Translations under genes and position numbers: made by a program
DNA from: an uncultured virus (IMG/VR IMGVR_UViG_3300036835_000437)
Lineage: Duplodnaviria > Heunggongvirae > Uroviricota > Caudoviricetes
Strand: one strand, 5' to 3'
Length of the DNA: 20,000 nt
IMG/VR virus record: IMGVR_UViG_3300036835_000437
Notes under the pieces: model-generated
The model's database searches: none
What the model was told of the DNA's origin: nothing
What the model saw: only the letters and a program-made list of their open reading frames with translations
Part shown: positions 14,509 to 20,000 of the stretch, in pieces
Layout: each line of letters begins with the position of its first letter
Position numbering within the stretch: position 1 is the first letter of the stretch

Positions 14509-15231
14509 TCAGCGAATCCTCTCAAGCTCGGTGCGCGCGGCAGCGATTCTGTCGCCCAGGCGCTGGGGAGGGTGCTCGCCATAGATGGCCGTTCGCTGCT
14601 CGACGTAATCGGTGAGCGCCTCGCGCAGCATCTCGTTGCGTACCTCATGGCGGTAACGGTTGCGCTCGTCACTCCAGGCCTTATCGTCCCTCTCGGCCTG
14701 GGTGATCAGCTGATAGCGCTCGATCTCGTTAGTGGTCGCGATGGTGTTGTGCTTGAGCGCCCACTGCACAGCCGTGTCGAACTCATCGCGGTTGATACCG
14801 TGCGTGGTCCTGAACCCATTGACCTTGGGGTGCGTCAGGCTGATCCAGGTCTTCTCATCAACGCGGCCCTTGAGGTCGAAGCCGGCGCGACTCCACTGCT
14901 GCCTGTTCTCGAACGTCGCGCGCCACTCGCCATCGATCAGCACCTTGTAGTGGTAGAGCGTGCGCGGCTTCTTGCTGCGCCAGCTGGTGGCGGTAAACGG
15001 GGCGGCCTCGTAGGTGATGGTGGGCATGGTCGTTGGTCCTTTCATGGGGTTGATGGGTTCTCGGCGGATAATCTGTGCGCGCTGGCATTCCCAGCCACGC
15101 TCCTCGGCGACTGCGCCGGCCACTGCTAGGGCAGCTGCGTCATCGGTGGCGTTCACGGTGAGGCTCTGGGCGTCGAAGACATCCAGCGAGCCCTCGGGCC
15201 GTACGTGCACCAGGAGGAGATAGCGGGTCAT
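14509..15231 (-). CDS. Hypothetical protein; probably two in-frame units, with an internal start at 15027
   Basis: ATG 15231 (GGAGGGAG SD) gives MTRYLLLVHV.... An internal CAACCCCATGAAAGG leader precedes the in-frame ATG 15027 (MPTITYEA...). Confidence 0.65.
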   Translation of the reverse strand: MTRYLLLVHVRPEGSLDVFDAQSLTVNATDDAAALAVAGAVAEERGWECQRAQIIRREPINPMKGPTTMPTITYEAAPFTATSWRSKKPRTLYHYKVLIDGEWRATFENRQQWSRAGFDLKGRVDEKTWISLTHPKVNGFRTTHGINRDEFDTAVQWALKHNTIATTNEIERYQLITQAERDDKAWSDERNRYRHEVRNEMLREALTDYVEQRTAIYGEHPPQRLGDRIAAARTELERIR

Positions 15232-15232
15232 G

Positions 15233-15553
15233 TCACTCTCCCTCCAACTGCAGCGCAGCGAAGCGGGCGCTCGCCAGCATGGCGATGATGTCGGTGTCGA
15301 GCCCTGGCCGCGCCTCCAGGCGGCTGAGCCGGCCCAGGATGTCGTGCAGGTGCTTGCAGGTGCGGTGGTGGCGCCAGCCTGGGCACGAGCACCCCCACGA
15401 GCCATCGCTGCGCCGCTGCGCCACGTTATAGAGCGCATCGGAGGTGTGCGAGCGCACGACGAATCGGTTCGTCCACTGGGCGTTGTCGGGCATGAGGGCA
15501 GAGCCAATCTGCTCAGCGATCTCGGCGACCTGGGCGCGCTGGTTAGTGGCCAT
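15233..15553 (-). CDS. SWIM zinc-finger protein
   Basis: V.S....LYNV.....WGCSCPGW.HHRTCKHL matches SWIM CxC-xn-CxH. GGAAGGA SD. Confidence 0.8.
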   Translation of the reverse strand: MATNQRAQVAEIAEQIGSALMPDNAQWTNRFVVRSHTSDALYNVAQRRSDGSWGCSCPGWRHHRTCKHLHDILGRLSRLEARPGLDTDIIAMLASARFAALQLEGE

Positions 15554-15878
15554 GGTGCCAAGTCCTTCCACCGTCATGGCTGTGAACTGCAGTGCGCTGA
15601 TCTACGGTGCGACCGGCGAGTGCCTGGGCTTGACGCACAAGCTCGATGAACATCGGGCTCCCGGTCTTCGCTATCGTTCTGAAGGCACAAGCATCACTCA
15701 CACCGTCCTTGCTGGCGGCGTCCCAGCCGGCGAAGGCTGGGGCACCGGTTGCCGGGTCGATCACCAGGGTGATGCGCTTGGCGGCGAGTCCCTGGGCGAG
15801 GCGGACGACAGCAGCGCGGACCTCGGCCGCACGCTGCTGGATCGTCTGCCTGGGCTTCAACATCGTCTCGCAAGACAC
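15543..15878 (-). CDS. Hypothetical protein with C-terminal HSHDGGRTWHHGH; partner of the AAA ATPase module
   Basis: GAAGGGAG SD with GTG start. Motifs MSC.T, G..AF.GW, DGVSDACAFR and a His-rich tail. Confidence 0.8.
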   Translation of the reverse strand: MSCETMLKPRQTIQQRAAEVRAAVVRLAQGLAAKRITLVIDPATGAPAFAGWDAASKDGVSDACAFRTIAKTGSPMFIELVRQAQALAGRTVDQRTAVHSHDGGRTWHHGH

Positions 15879-15880
15879 GG

Positions 15881-16693
15881 TCAGTCTCCCTTCTTGGCGC
15901 TAAGGTCCGAGAGGGCGGCGTTCACCTCGGGCTGATCGCGCCAGTAGGTGACCGGCTCGTCGTCCAGGTCCACGGGGCGGCCCTCGGCCTCAGTGGCGGC
16001 CTCGACCGGCGCGGCGTCGTCCAGGTCTAGGAAGGAAACGCGAGCCTCCTCCAGGCGCTCGATGGCGACGGCGTCCACCTCGATGGCGGCGCCCTCGCCG
16101 GCCTTGACGATGTCCCTGGCGACTTGTCTGGCGACCGTGATGGCCTTGGCGACCTTCTCGTTGGCGCCTGGCTCCAGCATCTTGCCCAGGGTGCGCGCCT
16201 CGTTGGCGGCCTTGCGGATAGCCTGGGGGTCCAGGTTCTTGACGCCATCGGACATAGCCGAGACGAGGTCGCGGACCTGTTCGTTGATGGCGCGGACGGC
16301 CTCGACATCGTCGCTGGAGACGCGGCCGATGAGGACGGTCACGCCCACGTAGGTCCAGGTCGCGGTCTCGTTGAACGCCTCGGCCAGGGCGCGAGCCTCG
16401 CGCACAGCCTGCCGAAGCTTGTCCTCGCGCTCGACCGGGCACATCAGGCCGAAGTCGCCGGCCTTGACGCAGGCCGACTGAATCTTGGAGCGGGCAGCGC
16501 TGCGGACCTTGCTGGCGCGCTTCTGCTCGCCGGGGTCCTTGGTTGTGCGCTCGGTCTCCCAGCGGGCGCGGCCCTCGCCCTCGATGGTGATGTGGTCCTG
16601 TTCAAGCTCAAGCGTCTTGTACTTGACGTTGCCCTTGATGGTGGTGCGGGCGCGGACCAGGAGGCCTGGGCGGAGGGTTGCGATGTCTGACAT
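15881..16693 (-). CDS. 270-aa largely helical protein (DUF3150-like, tentative)
   Basis: N-terminal beta strands, long A/E/R-rich helices and an acidic tail ...FLDLDD...VDLDD. Own promoter and leader. Confidence 0.75.
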   Translation of the reverse strand: MSDIATLRPGLLVRARTTIKGNVKYKTLELEQDHITIEGEGRARWETERTTKDPGEQKRASKVRSAARSKIQSACVKAGDFGLMCPVEREDKLRQAVREARALAEAFNETATWTYVGVTVLIGRVSSDDVEAVRAINEQVRDLVSAMSDGVKNLDPQAIRKAANEARTLGKMLEPGANEKVAKAITVARQVARDIVKAGEGAAIEVDAVAIERLEEARVSFLDLDDAAPVEAATEAEGRPVDLDDEPVTYWRDQPEVNAALSDLSAKKGD

Positions 16694-16725
16694 TGTCGTG
16701 TCCTTTCAGGTGGCGGTTGGGGTGC

Positions 16726-16764
16726 CGCCCTGGCATACATAGGCGCATGCCAGGGCGATGTCAA
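16726..16764 (-). promoter_or_regulatory. Sigma70 promoter embedded in a perfect 11-bp inverted repeat
   Basis: TTGACA (16764-16759), N17, TATGTA (16741-16736). Arms CGCCCTGGCAT (16726-16736) and ATGCCAGGGCG (16747-16757). Confidence 0.7.
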
Positions 16765-16770
16765 TACATG

Positions 16771-18396
16771 TCATGCCAAGTCTAGCGCACGCTCGGTGGA
16801 GAACGCCGGACGCTCGGCATCGGGGGTGGTGGCGAGGCGGGCGCGCTTGCTCCAGGTCCGCAGCCGCTTCACCTGATCGGCCATGCTATCCACCAGCGGC
16901 ACAACCTTGCTGGCGGCGTTGAGGATGTCGGTGGCTGCGAGCGCACGCTGACCATCGGTGAAGCTCGCGAACAACGCCTCCTGCACAAGGTTGGCGACCT
17001 CTGCCGCTGTGAAGGTGTCGGTGGCTTTGACGATGGCCGCCGTCTCCTCGTCATTGAACGGCAGGCGCTTGAACTTGGCCAAGGTGACGTTGAGCACCTC
17101 GGCACGCTCGCGCGCGGTCGGAACGTCCAGGAACCACATCTCGTCCCAGCGCCCCTTGCGGAGAAGCTCGACGGGGAGCCGGTCGGGATCATTGGCCGTC
17201 GCCAGGATGAAAGCCTCGGACTTGCGGTCGTTCATCCAGGAGAGCAACACCGCGAGCTTGTCTGCGGCCACGCCGCCGTCGCCGGCAGGACCCGCGCCAC
17301 CGGAGAGGGTCTTGTCCACCTCATCGAGCCAGAGCACGCAGGGCCCCAGGGCATCGACGGTGTCGAGCATGGCGCGGATATTCTGCTCGCTCTCGCCCAG
17401 GAACTTGCTGCCGGTGGCGCCCAGGTCGCCCTGGACGAGCGGGCACAGCCATGACGTGGCGAGGGCTTGCGCAGTGAAGGTCTTGCCGCTGCCGGGGATG
17501 CCCACGAGCAAGCAGCCCTTGGGGCGTTGGATGCCGTAGGCGCGCGCCTCGGGCGTCCAGGCGAGCTTGCGCTGGATAAGCCAGGGCTTGAGGGCATCGA
17601 GCCCACCAACGGCGTCCAGGCCGCCAGGGAGCGGCTCAACCCAACGCAGCATGCCGTTGGAGGCGATGATGCGCTTCTTCTCGTCAGAGATCACCGCTGG
17701 CTCGATGGCGCGGCTTTGAACGATGCTCTTGGCGAAGCAGCCCTCGGCCTGGGGGCCGGTGAGGCCGACAGCGGCATCGATGATGAGGTCGCGCTTGCCG
17801 TTGAGCGGCTGGACCTTGCCGGGGTTCTGCCGGATGGCAGTGGCAATGGCCACATCGGCCATGCGGCCAAGCTCTTCGCGGTCGGGCAGTGGCCAATCGA
17901 CCGTGACGGCGTCGTTGGCGACATCGCTCGGGACCTTGGCCCCAGGTGCAAGCACGATGACGCTGGTGCCGGTGGCAGGCAGGGTGCGGGAGAGGTTGCG
18001 CAGCCAGCGGGTGACGGTGATGCCTGGGCCGCCATCGCACCACTTGTGCAGGTCGCGGAGAATCCAGACCACCTTGCCGGCCTCGGGGGCGCGCTCACTG
18101 ATCTTCTTCAGGAGGTTCACCGCATCGATGGGTGCGGAGCTTCCGGCGGGCACTTGCTGAAGAGCAGCAGCGATAGGATCGGAGGTGTCGGCACCCATGC
18201 CGGGGACCGGCTTGCCGGTGGCATCGGTGGCGCCTGCGGCGCAGTCCCAGAAGAACGGCATATAGCCTGCGCTCTTGCAGGCGTCGATCAGGCAAAGCTC
18301 GATGCGGCGCTCTTCGCGGGAGTTGACCCAGAGCACGCCGTTACGTGCCTTGACGAGCGTAGCGATGTCATCGGATTGGACTTTGGACTTGGACAT
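16771..18396 (-). CDS. AAA+ ATPase, Ycf46/SpoVK-like (degenerate N-terminal AAA plus active C-terminal AAA)
   Basis: EERR and ILRDLH in the N-domain. VGGLD.LK.WL, Walker A GIPGSGKT, pore loop SKFLGESE, Walker B VLWLDEVDK, sensor ATAN, SRH LP.ELLRKGRWDE and LRTW. Confidence 0.92.
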   Translation of the reverse strand: MSKSKVQSDDIATLVKARNGVLWVNSREERRIELCLIDACKSAGYMPFFWDCAAGATDATGKPVPGMGADTSDPIAAALQQVPAGSSAPIDAVNLLKKISERAPEAGKVVWILRDLHKWCDGGPGITVTRWLRNLSRTLPATGTSVIVLAPGAKVPSDVANDAVTVDWPLPDREELGRMADVAIATAIRQNPGKVQPLNGKRDLIIDAAVGLTGPQAEGCFAKSIVQSRAIEPAVISDEKKRIIASNGMLRWVEPLPGGLDAVGGLDALKPWLIQRKLAWTPEARAYGIQRPKGCLLVGIPGSGKTFTAQALATSWLCPLVQGDLGATGSKFLGESEQNIRAMLDTVDALGPCVLWLDEVDKTLSGGAGPAGDGGVAADKLAVLLSWMNDRKSEAFILATANDPDRLPVELLRKGRWDEMWFLDVPTARERAEVLNVTLAKFKRLPFNDEETAAIVKATDTFTAAEVANLVQEALFASFTDGQRALAATDILNAASKVVPLVDSMADQVKRLRTWSKRARLATTPDAERPAFSTERALDLA

Positions 18397-18424
18397 GTTC
18401 AGATACCTTTCATGCGTTGGGATA

Positions 18425-18468
18425 GGTTACTGTAACCGGTATATGCCACCGTGACATCCTGGCGTCAA
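18425..18468 (-). promoter_or_regulatory. Sigma70-type promoter with two operator-like palindromes
   Basis: TTGACG (18468-18463), N17, CATATA (18445-18440). Palindromes GGTTAC-T-GTAACC (18425-18437) and TGCCAC-C-GTGACA (18444-18456). Confidence 0.7.
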
Positions 18469-18668
18469 GCCCCACATCCTTCGCAAACGAGGGAGACATG
18501 GCGCACGCTGGCGCCAGGGAACTTGGCCTGGAGGTCGGCCCGCACGAGGTGAGCCGGCGCATCGGCGGTGTAGGGCAGCGGATAGGTGCCCTCGGGGAAG
18601 CCTGGGCCGGTGAACGTGGCAGTCCAGCAGTGGCCTGGGCGGTTGGGGCGGATGACGATGGTGGACAT
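18465..18668 (-). CDS. Hypothetical protein
   Basis: CCCAATGAAAGG leader. PLPYT...A..VRADL...FPG motif and a CEGC tail. Confidence 0.7.
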   Translation of the reverse strand: MSTIVIRPNRPGHCWTATFTGPGFPEGTYPLPYTADAPAHLVRADLQAKFPGASVRHVSLVCEGCGA

Positions 18669-18734
18669 GGGAAACACCTTTCATTGGGCTAGAGCGGGCC
18701 AGGGACGGCGGGATTGCCGCCCTTGGTAGGGAAG

Positions 18735-18932
18735 TTAGTTCACCAGCACCTGCCAGCCCTCATCGATCAGCTGATGGACAAGGGCGCGGGCGGCGCGGTG
18801 ATCGGTGTTGAAGTTTGCAGCAAGACCTTGCCAGCCCTCCACCGGGAAGTTCTCCTCGGCGAAGGCGATGGCGTCGGCTGACACCGCCTGGATGTTCCAG
18901 ACGGTGCCGAAGTCGGTGATACGGAAGTCCAT
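18735..18932 (-). CDS. Small hypothetical phage protein
   Basis: MDF.I.D.GTVW....S..A.AF.EEN...EGWQ.....HR.A..LV..L.DEG. GGGGAGG SD and TGATG coupling. Confidence 0.8.
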   Translation of the reverse strand: MDFRITDFGTVWNIQAVSADAIAFAEENFPVEGWQGLAANFNTDHRAARALVHQLIDEGWQVLVN

Positions 18933-19648
18933 CAGACGGCCTCCCCGGCGAAAGTGGCGGGCTTGCTACCCCATGCCACGCCGTAGTGCTTGGCGCAGGT
19001 CTCGCCGTAGCCCACTGCGGTCGAGCGCTCATCGGAGAGGGCGCGGTTGCAGAAGCAGCACTTGCCGGTCAGGCGCCCGTGCTCGGCCGCGATCTTAGCT
19101 GGGTCACGAGCAAGCTCACCCAGGCGGCGTGCGATGGCGTCGGTGCGCCCGTTGGCGGCGCGCGCCGGCTGATACTCGCCCTCGACGGTGACGCGGCCCA
19201 GCCAAGCGCGGGCGGGCTCGCCATAGTCGTTGGTGGTCTCGTAGGCGTCGGTGGTGACGGTGAGAGAGCCGGGGACCTTGGCCTTGGGGCCAGCGATGGT
19301 GAGGCGGATGCCCCAGCCTTCCAGGTCGTTGTCCTGGTCCACCTCGGGGACGCACAGCACGATCGCCGGGCGCTTGAGGTGGGTCTTCGCCTTGGCGAAC
19401 AGCGCCAGCACGCCGGTCAGCTGACCCACAGCCAGGGAGGCCTGGGCGGCTGCGGCCTGGGGGACAACGGACCAGAGCGTATCGCCGTAGCGGTTGCGGC
19501 CACGCGGCTCGGCCAGGGTCACGTACTTGGTGCCGCCAGCGCGGGTGCTGATGGCGACAACGTCGCCGGCCTTGGCGAGGCTGGGGGAGGGGATGCGGAC
19601 ACCCCAGGTGCCGTCATCGAGCTTAACGAAGGATGCGGGGAAAGACAT
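18932..19648 (-). CDS. DUF6011-like zinc-ribbon protein
   Basis: C-terminal HGRLTGKCCFCNRALSDERSTAVGYGETCAKHYG. N-terminal small beta domain (DGTWGVRI...GDVVAISTRAGGTK.VTL). Confidence 0.8.
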   Translation of the reverse strand: MSFPASFVKLDDGTWGVRIPSPSLAKAGDVVAISTRAGGTKYVTLAEPRGRNRYGDTLWSVVPQAAAAQASLAVGQLTGVLALFAKAKTHLKRPAIVLCVPEVDQDNDLEGWGIRLTIAGPKAKVPGSLTVTTDAYETTNDYGEPARAWLGRVTVEGEYQPARAANGRTDAIARRLGELARDPAKIAAEHGRLTGKCCFCNRALSDERSTAVGYGETCAKHYGVAWGSKPATFAGEAV

Positions 19649-19685
19649 GTCAGAGGCCTTTCATATGGTTAAGAGTGAACCAAGC

Positions 19686-19742
19686 GATACAGTGCTATAC
19701 GCCTACTGTGCCACGGTGTCAATGGCCTTGGTTACGGTAATC
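19686..19742 (-). promoter_or_regulatory. Main leftward early promoter with clustered YAC-N-GTR boxes
   Basis: TTGACA (19722-19717), N17, TATAGC (19699-19694). Boxes at 19686-19696, 19702-19712, 19709-19721 and 19730-19742. Confidence 0.7.
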
Positions 19743-19859
19743 CGAAGTGAGATAGTTACATATGAAACAGTTATCAAAGCGGTACCAATCCAGATGCGCC
19801 CGCAACTATGCGGCGCTGCATCAAAGTGGGTTGTCCACCGCCCAACTAGAGGGGATAAA

Positions 19860-19888
19860 GGTCAGTCAGCCTGACTGATTGACTGACC
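19860..19888. repeat. Three TGACTGA units (one inverted, two direct) forming an inverted repeat
   Basis: GGTCAGTCAG-C-CTGACTGA-T-TGACTGACC. Confidence 0.7.
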
Positions 19889-19958
19889 CCACGAATCACC
19901 TGACGCTCGCGCGCGGCATCACGGCATCGGGCCGAAAGCGGGCTGTCCGAGGGGTGCA

Positions 19959-20000
19959 ATGGCTCAAGCCAAGCCCAAGCCGAAGAACACAGCGAGCTTC
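19959..20000 (+). CDS. 5' end of a gene, possibly terminase small subunit (speculative)
   Basis: GAGGGG SD then MAQAKPKPKNTASF, open to the window end. Only 14 codons are visible. Confidence 0.4.
   Translation, partial: MAQAKPKPKNTASF

Noticed and set aside
13923..18396. ParA/ParB partition system (ParB-like gene plus ATPase)
   Set aside because: The ATPase is a classical AAA+, not a deviant Walker A ParA, and the ParB-like protein lacks an HTH.
17467..18435. Long antisense ORFs (e.g. 17467-18435 +, 14242-15129 +, 13755-14615 +, 5598-6497 -, 7081-7866 -)
   Set aside because: Typical high-GC antisense shadows of real genes; no motifs or RBS.
1..20000. CRISPR array, tRNA, integrase/att site, transposase, reverse transcriptase/DGR
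   Set aside because: No regularly spaced repeats, cloverleaf, or catalytic motifs of these families were seen by eye; a tRNAscan/Infernal run would be needed to exclude small RNAs formally.

Overview
GC-rich (roughly two-thirds GC by eye) fragment of a tailed phage or prophage, most likely of an alphaproteobacterial host (inference from the protein families and promoter style). No structural genes, integrase, rRNA, tRNA or CRISPR array are visible. There are four blocks. (1) 541-5464 (-): recombination operon with an HNH-like nuclease, an XRE-type HTH protein, a 301-aa coiled-coil protein, an ERF single-strand annealing protein and a DUF1367/NinB-like protein. (2) 5487-9561 (+): ribbon-helix-helix regulator, N6-adenine DNA methyltransferase, PD-(D/E)xK-like nuclease, small genes and a RadD/YejH-like SF2 helicase. 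Blocks 1 and 2 diverge from a 22-bp gap holding two overlapping, apparently leaderless sigma70 promoters. (3) 9515-19648 (-): long early/accessory region of about 22 mostly unknown genes, with four 17-bp-spacer TTGAC promoters, palindromic operator-like sites and a recurring CCCAAC..TGAAAGG leader. It contains the most interesting module: Ycf46-like AAA+ ATPase, 270-aa helical protein, 111-aa HSHDGG/His-tail protein and SWIM Zn-finger protein. (4) 19649-20000: non-coding region with repeats, then the start of a + strand gene (possibly terminase small subunit). All family assignments are from motif recognition by eye, not database searches.
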